This document shows positions 37,453 to 47,155 of a stretch of DNA of 64,000 nt, in pieces. The stretch is from positions 4,309 to 68,308 of the forward strand of contig JAEUTG010000005.1 of NCBI GenBank assembly GCA_016788045.1. The letters run 5' to 3'. The stretch comes from Bacteroidales bacterium (GTDB lineage Bacteria; Bacteroidota; Bacteroidia; Bacteroidales; Lentimicrobiaceae). Position 1 is the stretch's first letter. Each line of letters begins with the position of its first letter. The notes under the pieces are model-generated. The model saw nothing but the letters and a program-made list of their open reading frames with translations, did not search any database and was not told the DNA's origin. Made by a program: the position numbers and the translations under genes.

Positions 37453-38421
37453 ATGATACCCTATAAATCAGATGTTGAAGCCATTGATGCTTTCGTAGAC
37501 AGGTACAAGAAGTTAACCTCGGAAATCGGAAAAGTTATTGTTGGTCAGGATGATGTTGTTAAATCAGTACTGATCTGCATTTTCAGCAAAGGCCATGCAC
37601 TGCTGGTAGGCGTGCCCGGATTGGCCAAAACCCTGCTGGTAAATACCATTTCGAAATCACTGGGGCTGACATACAGCCGCATTCAGTTTACTCCTGACCT
37701 GATGCCTTCGGATATTCTGGGAACAGAGATACTCGACGAAAACAGGCGGTTCAGGTTTGTGAGAGGGCCGGTTTTTGCCAACATCATCCTGGCCGATGAA
37801 ATCAACCGCACCCCGCCGAAAACACAGTCGGCGCTGCTCGAGGCCATGCAGGAAAAAGCCGTAACCGTTGCCGGAGAAAGCCATCATCTTGAAGAACCCT
37901 TCTTTGTACTTGCTACCCAGAACCCGATTGAGCAGGAAGGCACCTATCCGCTGCCGGAAGCTCAGCTCGACCGTTTCATGTTCAATATCTGGCTCGATTA
38001 TCCTAGCTATGAACAGGAGATCGATGTGGTAAAAAATACCACCTCAGAGAAAACAGCCCGGCCCGAAGTGGTTATCTCAGGCGAAGAAATCATTTATTTT
38101 CAGAACCTGATCCGCCGGATTCCGGTTACCGACAACGTTTATGAGTATGCCGTTAAGGTTGCTGCCCGGACCAGGCCCAATACCCCGATGGCGCATGAAT
38201 GGGCCAATAAGTACCTTACCTGGGGCGCCGGTCCGAGGGCATCACAGTACCTCATCATCGGGGCTAAGTGCCACGCCGCTATTCACGGCAAGTATTCACC
38301 CGATATCGAGGATGTTAAAGCTGTGGCAACCAGCATCCTCAGACACAGGATTGTTAGAAACTACAAATCCGAAGCCGAAGGAATTACCGTTAAAATGATT
38401 GTTGACGAACTGCTCAGGTAA
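37453..38421 (+). CDS. MoxR-family AAA+ ATPase
   Basis: Walker A GVPGLAKT, Walker B LADEINR, and ATQNPIEQEGTYPLPEAQLDRF. Confidence 0.9.
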   Translation: MIPYKSDVEAIDAFVDRYKKLTSEIGKVIVGQDDVVKSVLICIFSKGHALLVGVPGLAKTLLVNTISKSLGLTYSRIQFTPDLMPSDILGTEILDENRRFRFVRGPVFANIILADEINRTPPKTQSALLEAMQEKAVTVAGESHHLEEPFFVLATQNPIEQEGTYPLPEAQLDRFMFNIWLDYPSYEQEIDVVKNTTSEKTARPEVVISGEEIIYFQNLIRRIPVTDNVYEYAVKVAARTRPNTPMAHEWANKYLTWGAGPRASQYLIIGAKCHAAIHGKYSPDIEDVKAVATSILRHRIVRNYKSEAEGITVKMIVDELLR

Positions 38422-38681
38422 GCAATCTCCCCCTACTGGTTGCTTTAAAGGTTTTTCTGATTTCTGCAGGTCTGAAATTCCCTTTGGTTGACGGCAGTAT
38501 CGCGATTTACCGGGATTCTGCTTCATATTTTTTCGCATTTTCAGCAATATTTTATTGCTCCGGGTGTTATATGATACGGCATTGGCATTCATCTTTGAAT
38601 AAATATTTCTTAAGCGTTCTGTACAGATCTTCACAGAGCCCTGTCCGTATTAAAGAATTCTAATGATCAACAAACTACATT

Positions 38682-39932
38682 ATGGCCTTTTTCCGATTTA
38701 ACAAGAAGTTGTGGTTTCTGATTCCGGCAATCGTCATAGCAGTTGCTGCTGTGTGGTACTATATGTCAGGAAATAAGAACACTGGTCCCTCCCTGACAGC
38801 CAAAGTTGAATATGGCGATTTCCAGATCAATGTAACCACAACCGGGGAGCTGGAGGCAAAGAATTCCGAGAACATCATCGGGCCTCCGGGTCTGAGGGAA
38901 GTGCGGATATGGCAGGTAATGATCAGCGATATCATTGCCGAAGGTACCATAGTGGATTCGGGGCAGTATGTAGCAACCCTTGACCGCACCGAGATTACCA
39001 ACCGGATGAAGGACCTTGAAAGTGAGCTCGAAAAACTGGAATCTCAATACATCAAGACAAAACTGGATACCTCCATGGACCTCCGGTCAGCACGCGAGGA
39101 ACTGATAAACATGAACTATGCCCTTGAAGAAAAGCAGATAACCGTCGATCAGTCAATCTATGAACCTCCTGCAACCCAGCGGCAGGCTAAGCTGGATCTT
39201 GAAAAAGCCCAGCGCGCTTTTCAGCAGGCCCAGAAGAATTACAAGCTGAGGCTTGATAAGGCCAATGCCAACATGCAGGAAGTTTCGGCTTCTTACACGC
39301 AGGCGCAGCGACGGCTGGAACAGATACGGGAAGTGCTCAACGGGTTTACCGTAACAGCGCCCAAAGCCGGTATGGTCATCTATAAACGCAACTGGGATGG
39401 TTCGAAAATGGGTATAGGCGCTACCATGAGTTCATGGGAAAACATCGTGGCAACCCTTCCCAACCTGACGTCGATGATCTCGAAAACCTACGTGAATGAG
39501 ATTGACATCAGCAAACTCAAAGTTGGCCAGAAGGCCGACATCAGCATTGATGCCTTCCCGGAGCGTAAATACACCGGGCTGGTTACCGAGGTCGCCAACA
39601 TCGGGGAGCAGATGCGCAATTCAAACGCCAAGGTGTTCGAAGTAAAAATTCAGGTCAATGAGTTTGACTCCATCCTGAGGCCGGCCATGACCACCAAAAA
39701 CATCATCACCACTGGTGTGGTGCCCAAATCCCTCTTTCTGCCCATCGAGAGTGTCCACACTGCCGACAGCATCACTTTTGTATACCTTGCCGACAAGAAC
39801 ATCAGAAAACAGGTGAAGACCGGACAGACCAATGAGAATCAGATTATTATTACCCAGGGGTTGAAAAAAGACGATGAAGTTTATTTGTCACCACCGGAAA
39901 ATGCAGCCGGCTGGCGTCTTGAAAAACTTTAA
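38682..39932 (+). CDS. HlyD/MacA-type periplasmic adaptor of an efflux system
   Basis: N-terminal membrane anchor, long coiled-coil, and a beta-barrel C-terminal region. It sits in an operon with an FtsX permease and TolC. Confidence 0.85.
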   Translation: MAFFRFNKKLWFLIPAIVIAVAAVWYYMSGNKNTGPSLTAKVEYGDFQINVTTTGELEAKNSENIIGPPGLREVRIWQVMISDIIAEGTIVDSGQYVATLDRTEITNRMKDLESELEKLESQYIKTKLDTSMDLRSAREELINMNYALEEKQITVDQSIYEPPATQRQAKLDLEKAQRAFQQAQKNYKLRLDKANANMQEVSASYTQAQRRLEQIREVLNGFTVTAPKAGMVIYKRNWDGSKMGIGATMSSWENIVATLPNLTSMISKTYVNEIDISKLKVGQKADISIDAFPERKYTGLVTEVANIGEQMRNSNAKVFEVKIQVNEFDSILRPAMTTKNIITTGVVPKSLFLPIESVHTADSITFVYLADKNIRKQVKTGQTNENQIIITQGLKKDDEVYLSPPENAAGWRLEKL

Positions 39933-39942
39933 ACTTTAAGCA

Positions 39943-41301
39943 TTGGAACGTAAGCTCTATATACTGGCCATTGCGCTTGAAGCTGTGATAGCCAACAAAT
40001 TCAGGTCAATGCTGACGGCCCTTGGTATTATTTTCGGGGTGGCTGCGGTGATCGCTATGCTTGCCATCGGTAACGGGGCACAGCAGGAGATTCTGGAACA
40101 GATGAAACTGGTTGGGGTGAACAACATCATCGTGATGCCAAAGAACGAGTCAAAAAAGTCGGAGCAGGCCAAAGAGGAAGAAAAAGGGAAGGAGGCTGCC
40201 GATAAATTCTCGCCGGGTTTATCTCTGCTGGATGCCATGAGTATTGGGCAGATCATTCCCTCTGTTTCTAAAGTAAGCCCTGAAGTGGTGTATGAATCAA
40301 CCATCCTGGCCGATGGAGTGAGCACCTACGGAAAAGTCAGCGGCGTTACCCCCGATTTCTTTGATGTTTTCAACCTTACCCTCGAGCGTGGAGAGATGTT
40401 CAACGAGGAACAGCTAAAGTTCGGCAAGGCAGTATGTATCCTTGGCTCCGGATTGAAAGCCCGGCTTTTCCCCAACTCCGATCCCATCGGGCAATTTGTT
40501 AAATGCGGCAATGTCTGGCTGAAGGTTACCGGTATCCTCGACAACCGTTCAGTATCTTCAAATCTGACCGAAAACCTGGGCATCAGCGATTACAACAACC
40601 AGGTATACGCCCCCATTCAGACCATTCTCCTGCGTTACCGCGACCGTTCGGTGGTCACCACCTCCATGATCAGGGGTGGAAGCAGTACGGTGTTTTTTGA
40701 TGACGGTATGATGACCTCATTCTCGGAAGGCAGCGGGCAGGACGATAATACAAACCAGATTGATAAAATTGTGGTTCAGGTAAAGGAAACTGAACTGATC
40801 AGCCAGACTTCTGATGTGATACAGCGTATGCTGAAGCGCCGGCATGCAGGGGTTGAGGATTTCGAGATCAAGGTGCCGGAGCTCCTGCTGAAACAAGAAC
40901 AGCGGACCAAAGATATTTTTAACATCGTACTGGGAGCCATCGCCTCCATCTCACTCATTGTCGGCGGAATCGGCATCATGAACATCATGCTGGCATCGGT
41001 GATGGAACGCACCAAGGAGATCGGCATCCGTATGGCGACCGGTGCCACACGCCGCGATGTGGTATTCCAGTTTCTGAGCGAAGCAACCATGATCAGCATC
41101 TCCGGTGGCCTGATCGGCATCTTCCTCGGGCTGGCCCTGGCCAAAATCATCATGGAACTGGCAGGAATCCTGACCATTGTATCGGTAAGCTCCATCGTTA
41201 TTTCATTCGGGGTTTCAGCTACGGTCGGCATATTGTTTGGCTACATGCCTGCACGCAAAGCTGCCATGCAGGATCCGGTGGCTTCGCTCCGTTACGAATA
41301 A
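39943..41301 (+). CDS. MacB/FtsX-family ABC transporter permease (no ATPase domain)
   Basis: MacB-type N-terminal TM helix and periplasmic domain. The C-terminal FtsX TM bundle includes GIGIMNIMLASV.ERT.EIGIR.A.GA... Confidence 0.85.
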   Translation: MERKLYILAIALEAVIANKFRSMLTALGIIFGVAAVIAMLAIGNGAQQEILEQMKLVGVNNIIVMPKNESKKSEQAKEEEKGKEAADKFSPGLSLLDAMSIGQIIPSVSKVSPEVVYESTILADGVSTYGKVSGVTPDFFDVFNLTLERGEMFNEEQLKFGKAVCILGSGLKARLFPNSDPIGQFVKCGNVWLKVTGILDNRSVSSNLTENLGISDYNNQVYAPIQTILLRYRDRSVVTTSMIRGGSSTVFFDDGMMTSFSEGSGQDDNTNQIDKIVVQVKETELISQTSDVIQRMLKRRHAGVEDFEIKVPELLLKQEQRTKDIFNIVLGAIASISLIVGGIGIMNIMLASVMERTKEIGIRMATGATRRDVVFQFLSEATMISISGGLIGIFLGLALAKIIMELAGILTIVSVSSIVISFGVSATVGILFGYMPARKAAMQDPVASLRYE

Positions 41302-41363
41302 GGGCTGTTTGTGGTTCTCCCGGTCTTAACCAGGGATTTTGAATATTACAAAAGATATTGATT

Positions 41364-42857
41364 ATGAAAGGATTGCTGACCATTGCACTGAATCTGCTCC
41401 TGCTTACTGTCATTTTATTACCACTCAGGGCCCAGGAAACAAATTCCCGCACACTTACCCTGCAGCAGGTAATCGAAATCGCCAAACGGCAATCCCCCGA
41501 TGCCTTGTCGGCCATGCACCGGTTCAGGAGCAGTTACTGGCAATACCGCAATTACAAAGCCGGACTGATGCCGATGCTTTCGCTCGATGCCACCCTGCCC
41601 AGCCTCAGCAGAAGCATTGAGAAAATTACCACCCCCGAGGGCGACTTTTTCTACGAACGCAACCTGGCCAATTACACCGCGGGTCTGTCACTGACCAAAA
41701 ATATCGGGCTCACCGGCGGACAGATATTCCTCAACTCCAACCTTCAGCGCATCGATCTGTTTTCCGACAGCACTGTAACATCCTACCTCTCATCCCCGCT
41801 GAATATCGGGATCAGTCAGCCGATCTTCAACTACAACCCGTACAAATGGCTGAAAAAAACAGAGCCCATGCGTTACAGCGAGGCGGAGAGGCGTTATCTT
41901 GAAGATGTTGAGACCGTGTCCATTACCGCTACGAATTTGTTTTTCAGCCTGCTCGATGCCCAGATCAGACTGAAAATTCAGCAGCTGAATGAGTCGAATA
42001 ACGATACCCTCTACAGGATCGCCAAAGGGCGTTACAACATCGGAACCATAGCCGAGAATGAACTCCTGCAGATAGAACTGAGCCTGCTTAACTCCAGGGC
42101 TGCTGTGGAAAGTGCCAACCTCGAGGTTGAGATGAAGACCTTTAACCTTCGGTCATTCCTGCGTTTATCCGAAAATGAGAACATTGTATTAATTGCCCCT
42201 TCGTCACCACCGGCTCCCGGGGTTGAAGCTCAGCTGGCCATAGCCGAGGCACGCGAAAACCGTTCCGATGCCCTGGCGTTCAACCGCCGCCTGATTGAAG
42301 CCGAAAGTGCGGTGAATAAAGCCAAAGCCGAAAACCGCTTCAATGCCAATCTTTTTGCCGTATATGGCCTAACCCAGACCACCGATAAACTTACCAACGC
42401 CTACAAAAAACCACAGGAACAACAACGCCTTGAACTGGGCATTCAGATACCGATCCTCGACTGGGGTTATGCCCGGGGCAAGATCAAACTGGCCCAGTCG
42501 GACCAGGAATTGCAGAAAACAGCCGTTCAGCAGGAGATGCTTGATTTCGATCAGGAGGTCTTTCTGAAGGTGATGCAGTTCAATATGCAACGCAACCAGC
42601 TTACCATAGCAGCCAAAAGTGATACTGTTGCCATCAAACGCTATGAAGTAACCAAACAACGCTACCTTATCGGTAAAATAGGCATCACCGACCTGAACAT
42701 TGCTCAAACCGAGAAAGACAATGCCCAGCAGGGCTATGTATCAGCACTCGCATCCTACTGGCGCAGCTTTTACGAACTGAGAAAGCTGACCCTCTATGAT
42801 TTCGTAAACAAGAGCCGCATAATTTTCAATTTCGACGATATTCCCGATGTCGAATGA
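41364..42857 (+). CDS. TolC-family outer-membrane efflux protein
   Basis: Signal peptide and duplicated coiled-coil/beta repeats typical of TolC. ATG at 41364 (the ORF track uses TTG at 41358). Confidence 0.85.
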   Translation: MKGLLTIALNLLLLTVILLPLRAQETNSRTLTLQQVIEIAKRQSPDALSAMHRFRSSYWQYRNYKAGLMPMLSLDATLPSLSRSIEKITTPEGDFFYERNLANYTAGLSLTKNIGLTGGQIFLNSNLQRIDLFSDSTVTSYLSSPLNIGISQPIFNYNPYKWLKKTEPMRYSEAERRYLEDVETVSITATNLFFSLLDAQIRLKIQQLNESNNDTLYRIAKGRYNIGTIAENELLQIELSLLNSRAAVESANLEVEMKTFNLRSFLRLSENENIVLIAPSSPPAPGVEAQLAIAEARENRSDALAFNRRLIEAESAVNKAKAENRFNANLFAVYGLTQTTDKLTNAYKKPQEQQRLELGIQIPILDWGYARGKIKLAQSDQELQKTAVQQEMLDFDQEVFLKVMQFNMQRNQLTIAAKSDTVAIKRYEVTKQRYLIGKIGITDLNIAQTEKDNAQQGYVSALASYWRSFYELRKLTLYDFVNKSRIIFNFDDIPDVE

Positions 42858-42998
42858 TTTCGGCAAATCCATTGGAGTACACTTGCTGCCGCAACCAGAG
42901 CTGCCGGATCGGGGCAGTTTGCATGAACGCAGAATCATCTTTTATTTAGTTGGAAGGAATGCTGTTTTTTCGCAACTTTGTTAGGATAAATTCTGCCT

Positions 42999-43826
42999 AT
43001 GAACAGTGACATTCCAACCTCTGTCATTCTATTCGCTTTTGGTCTTACCCTGTTCGCCGGACTTTCCACCGGTATTGGAGCGGCAGTGGCATTTTTTGCA
43101 AAAAAGACCAACACAAAGTTGCTGTCAACCTCGCTTGGGTTCTCAGCCGGGGTGATGATCTATGTGTCGATGATTGAAATTTTCCCGAAAGCGAAAGTCA
43201 GTCTGGTGGCTGAGCTCGGAGAGAAGATGGGTTATACGGCGACAGTCATGGCTTTCTTCGGTGGAATACTTCTCAGTGCCCTCATCGACAAGCTGGTACC
43301 ATCGGGCGAAAATCCCCACGAACAGGTTTCACTGGCCGAACTGAGTGATGTGCAGAATGCTGTCAGAAAAAAGCAGGCACTTTACCGTATGGGTATTTTT
43401 TCGGCACTCGCCATTGGTATCCACAACTTCCCCGAGGGATTGGCAACCTTCTTTTCTGCAATCGAAGACCCGGCCCTGGGGATCAGTGTCGCCATTGCCG
43501 TTGCCATTCACAACATTCCGGAAGGCATTGCTGTTTCTATTCCGGTTTATTATTCAACCGAAAACCGGAAAAAAGCTTTCTTTCTCTCATTCTTATCCGG
43601 CCTTGCTGAACCGGTAGGGGCTATCATCGGTTTCTTCTTTCTGCTGCCATTTTTCAATGGACTTACATTTGGCATAACCTTCGGGATAGTGGCAGGCATC
43701 ATGGTGTTTATCTCGATCGATGAACTCCTGCCCACAGCTGAACAGTACGGCGAACACCACCTTTCCATCTACGGGCTCATTGCCGGCATGGCTGTGATGG
43801 CCATCAGCCTGTTGCTTTTTGCCTGA
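42999..43826 (+). CDS. zupT: ZIP-family zinc transporter
   Basis: HNFPEGLA and HNIPEGIAV motifs in a polytopic membrane protein. Confidence 0.85.
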   Translation: MNSDIPTSVILFAFGLTLFAGLSTGIGAAVAFFAKKTNTKLLSTSLGFSAGVMIYVSMIEIFPKAKVSLVAELGEKMGYTATVMAFFGGILLSALIDKLVPSGENPHEQVSLAELSDVQNAVRKKQALYRMGIFSALAIGIHNFPEGLATFFSAIEDPALGISVAIAVAIHNIPEGIAVSIPVYYSTENRKKAFFLSFLSGLAEPVGAIIGFFFLLPFFNGLTFGITFGIVAGIMVFISIDELLPTAEQYGEHHLSIYGLIAGMAVMAISLLLFA

Positions 43827-43849
43827 CACCGCTTAACCAGCTCCTGCTT

Positions 43850-44443
43850 ATGAATCCGGCTCCTTTCGTCAGCATACCGGTTTTTCAGGGCGAACTCAGG
43901 ATTTGCCATGCCTTTATCGGACACGATGAGTCGCTCCGGCTGATGCAGACGCTGATCTCCCGGATGCCCTGGGAACAGGAACAACTGCTGATCTTTGGAA
44001 AAAAGCATCCCGTCCCACGGCTGGTTGCATGGGTTGGTGATGAAGGGAAGAACTACCGCTATTCCGGCGTACAACATCACCCGCTTCCCTGGACCCCTGA
44101 ACTTACTGATCTGAAAGTTAGGATAGAACAGTACACCGGATACGCCTTTAACACAGTGTTACTCAACTGGTACCGCAATGGCCGGGACAGCATGGGCTGG
44201 CATGCCGACAATGAACCTGAGCTTGGCGTGAATCCGGTAATTGCCAGTCTGAGCCTTGGTGAAAGACGGTTGTTCAGGTTCCGCCAGACCGATAATCACC
44301 GCAACAGCTTTGGTTTTCCCCTGGAAAACGGCAGCCTGCTGCTGATGGCCGGCGCCATACAGCACCACTGGCAACATTGCATCCCGAAATCTGCAAAGCC
44401 TATGGGTGACCGCATCAACCTCACCTTCAGAACCATTCATTGA
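43850..44443 (+). CDS. alkB: Fe(II)/2-oxoglutarate-dependent DNA/RNA repair dioxygenase AlkB
   Basis: MGWHADNE, HHWQHCIP and RINLTFR motifs. Confidence 0.85.
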   Translation: MNPAPFVSIPVFQGELRICHAFIGHDESLRLMQTLISRMPWEQEQLLIFGKKHPVPRLVAWVGDEGKNYRYSGVQHHPLPWTPELTDLKVRIEQYTGYAFNTVLLNWYRNGRDSMGWHADNEPELGVNPVIASLSLGERRLFRFRQTDNHRNSFGFPLENGSLLLMAGAIQHHWQHCIPKSAKPMGDRINLTFRTIH

Positions 44444-44620
44444 TCTCAGTTTTGTTGATACCCTGGTTGGGCCGGATGAAGTGGCTGCCGGTATCTCCGG
44501 TGTCGCAGCTCTTGTTGATAAAGCATTGGTTCAAAGACCAATGATTGTGTCAAGTGCCGCGGACTGTGTTAAGTCAGGATGAATTTTTATGCGGCGCTTG
44601 CAAGGGATGAATTTTTCTCG

Positions 44621-44628
44621 TAGGTTTG
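44621..44628 (+). promoter_or_regulatory. Candidate -7 box for the peroxiredoxin gene
   Basis: TAGGTTTG matches TAnnTTTG, 37 nt upstream of the ATG at 44665. Confidence 0.35.
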
Positions 44629-44664
44629 CTGCGCAAAACATTAACCCTTAACTTATTAACCAAT

Positions 44665-45303
44665 ATGTCGGTACTAGTCGGGAAAAAAGCCCCCCATTTC
44701 GAAGCAGATGCCGTGATCAATGGCAGTGAAATCGTTGAGAAATTCTCACTCAGCCAGTTTATTGGCAAAAAACACGTTGTATTCTTCTTCTATCCCCTCG
44801 ATTTTACCTTTGTTTGTCCAACCGAGATCCTCGCATTTCAGCATAAACTGGCTGAATTTGAGCAGCGCAATGTTGCCGTTGTCGGTTGTTCCGTTGATTC
44901 CGCCTATTCGCATTGGGCCTGGCTGAACACTGAGCCTTCAAAAGGTGGTATCAAAGGTGTGAAATTTCCACTGGTATCTGACCTTTCGAAAACCATTTCA
45001 GAAAACTACGATGTGCTTGCCGGAACTTACGAGTACGACGAAGAAGACGACCGCGTTGAGTTTGACGGTGAAGCCGTTGCATACCGTGGGTTATTCCTGA
45101 TTGATAAACAAGGCATTGTGCGTCATCAGATCGTGAATGACCTGCCACTTGGACGCAGCGTTGACGAAGCCATCCGTATGGTGGATGCCCTTCAGTTTTT
45201 TGAAGAGAACGGCGAAGTTTGCCCTGCTGACTGGCACAAGGGCGACAAAGCATTGAAGGCTACACAGGAAGGAATTTCAGAGTACCTTTCTTCAAAGGAA
45301 TAA
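44665..45303 (+). CDS. Typical 2-Cys peroxiredoxin
   Basis: FFFYPLDFTFVCPTEI (peroxidatic Cys) and the C-terminal GEVCPADW (resolving Cys). Confidence 0.9.
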   Translation: MSVLVGKKAPHFEADAVINGSEIVEKFSLSQFIGKKHVVFFFYPLDFTFVCPTEILAFQHKLAEFEQRNVAVVGCSVDSAYSHWAWLNTEPSKGGIKGVKFPLVSDLSKTISENYDVLAGTYEYDEEDDRVEFDGEAVAYRGLFLIDKQGIVRHQIVNDLPLGRSVDEAIRMVDALQFFEENGEVCPADWHKGDKALKATQEGISEYLSSKE

Positions 45304-45322
45304 CCGCTGAGATTTACAGATT

Positions 45323-47134
45323 TTATTCAGGGGCTTCCAGGCCCCTGATTTTTTCCGGCTCAGTCTGAAGCAGATCAAAAACCAGTATTTCATTTTCTCC
45401 TTCTTTCATGAAGCAGGCCGGGCAGTAGAGTCGCTGCTGCGGGCCGATGTTCCAGTAACGGCCCAGACAATGTCCGTTTACCCATACCTGTCCTTTGGTA
45501 TACCCGCTGAGGTCGAGGTAGGTGTCGGCTACCCTGCTTAAGCTGAAGCTGCCGCTGAAAAACACGCCCGGCTTTTCCCTGCTCACTTCATGCTGTTTCA
45601 GCCTGGCTGTGGTCATCGCTGTCAGCGGAAGGGTAAAAGCATCCCAGTTCATCAGGGTCATTCCGTTCAGCGTTACCCGGTCGGTGATGCCCTTGCGGTC
45701 GATGATCTCCTGGGCAAAGTTGATGTGTCCCATCCCTTCAACCAGGATATCCAATACGGGATAAGCTTCATTCGTGGCAGGCAGTTCCAGGGATTGGATT
45801 CCTTCGCGCCGGTCGAGGGTGCCGGCATATTTTCCATTCAGGAATACGGTAGCAAAGTCATGCAGTTCTGTCACTTTCAGCTTGCCGCTTTTGTGTCCGG
45901 TAAGGGTGGTTCTGTAGAGCACCATTCCCTGATTCTGGTCCAGCATTTCGAAGGGTACCGGCTGAACAAGGTGACGGGCTTCGGGCAGGTTTGACCAGAG
46001 GTCTGTGAAGGCTGTCATTTGTATTTCGGGCAGCGATATTGCTGGTATGGGTTCCGGGATATCCGGAAGTTTCTTTCCTTCGGGCAGGTAGGAGCCGATC
46101 AGCCTGCGTAGGGCATGGTATTTGGGAGTGGCTCTGCCCTGCTCACTGATGGGTGCATCGTAATCGTAACTGGTTACATCGGGCTCATAGCCCTTGCCTC
46201 CTGAGTTGGCTCCGGCTGTATAACCGAAATTTGTCCCCCCGTGTATCACATAAAAGTTGAATGATTTGCCGGTCTCCATCAGAAATCTGACCTCTTTCAG
46301 CAGCGCTGCAGTATCTGGCCTGGCCCATTCCTCGCCCCAGTGGGTGAGCCAGCCCGGGTAGGTCTCCGAACTGAAAACGGGCACCCCCGGATTCATCGCA
46401 CTGGCAAGATCGAAGCACCCCTGGTCATACCCGGAATCGAGCCCCACGGCGCAACCCGGAAGGCTTCCGGCTTCGAGCATGTAGGGCGTTGGTCCGTCAC
46501 CCGTAAAAAACGGCACCTCAACTCCCTGACTGCGCCATGCCTTTTCCAGCGCCAAAAGGTAATTCCGGTCGTTTCCGTAACTTCCGTATTCATTCTCAAT
46601 CTGCAGCATCAGCAAGGGGCCGCCACGGGTAATCTGAAGCGGCTTTATAACTTCCGCAAAAGCGGAAATGTAGCGCTCCGCAGCAGCCATATAGCGCGGA
46701 TCCATGCACCGTACTTTAATGTCGGGTATTTTCAGCAGGTAGGAGGGTAGTCCGCCGAAATCCCATTCCGCACATACGTAGGGGCCGGGCCGAAGGATAA
46801 GCCAAAGACCCTCCTGTTGCACCAGTGCGGCAAAACGTGCCAGATCGCGGTTCCAGGTGGTGAAGTCAAAACGGCCTTCCTCCACCTCATGGTAGTTCCA
46901 GAAAATGTAGGCAGATATGGTATTGCAGCCCATGGCTTTTGCCATACGGATGCGGTGCTGCCAGTATTCAGCAGGTATCCTGGCAGGATGCAGTTCACCA
47001 CTGATCATCTGAAAGGGCCGGCCATCAAGTACAAAATCCCTGTCAGCAAAACCGAACGTATGGGATGCCTGCTGCGGAAATGCCGGACCTGCCAGGGTGG
47101 CTGTAAGCAGAAAAAGTAACAGCGTTTTCTTCAT
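45323..47134 (-). CDS. GH35-family beta-galactosidase
   Basis: Signal peptide plus FVLDGRPFQMISGELHPARIP...RPGPYVCAEWDFGGLP...QIENEYG. Confidence 0.9.
   Translation of the reverse strand: MKKTLLLFLLTATLAGPAFPQQASHTFGFADRDFVLDGRPFQMISGELHPARIPAEYWQHRIRMAKAMGCNTISAYIFWNYHEVEEGRFDFTTWNRDLARFAALVQQEGLWLILRPGPYVCAEWDFGGLPSYLLKIPDIKVRCMDPRYMAAAERYISAFAEVIKPLQITRGGPLLMLQIENEYGSYGNDRNYLLALEKAWRSQGVEVPFFTGDGPTPYMLEAGSLPGCAVGLDSGYDQGCFDLASAMNPGVPVFSSETYPGWLTHWGEEWARPDTAALLKEVRFLMETGKSFNFYVIHGGTNFGYTAGANSGGKGYEPDVTSYDYDAPISEQGRATPKYHALRRLIGSYLPEGKKLPDIPEPIPAISLPEIQMTAFTDLWSNLPEARHLVQPVPFEMLDQNQGMVLYRTTLTGHKSGKLKVTELHDFATVFLNGKYAGTLDRREGIQSLELPATNEAYPVLDILVEGMGHINFAQEIIDRKGITDRVTLNGMTLMNWDAFTLPLTAMTTARLKQHEVSREKPGVFFSGSFSLSRVADTYLDLSGYTKGQVWVNGHCLGRYWNIGPQQRLYCPACFMKEGENEILVFDLLQTEPEKIRGLEAPE
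45327..45354 (+). terminator. Rho-independent terminator for the peroxiredoxin gene
   Basis: TCAGGGGC-ttccag-GCCCCTGA followed by TTTTTT. It lies inside the last codons of the convergent GH35 gene. Confidence 0.6.
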
Positions 47135-47155
47135 CTTTTCTGATGCTTTTGTATG

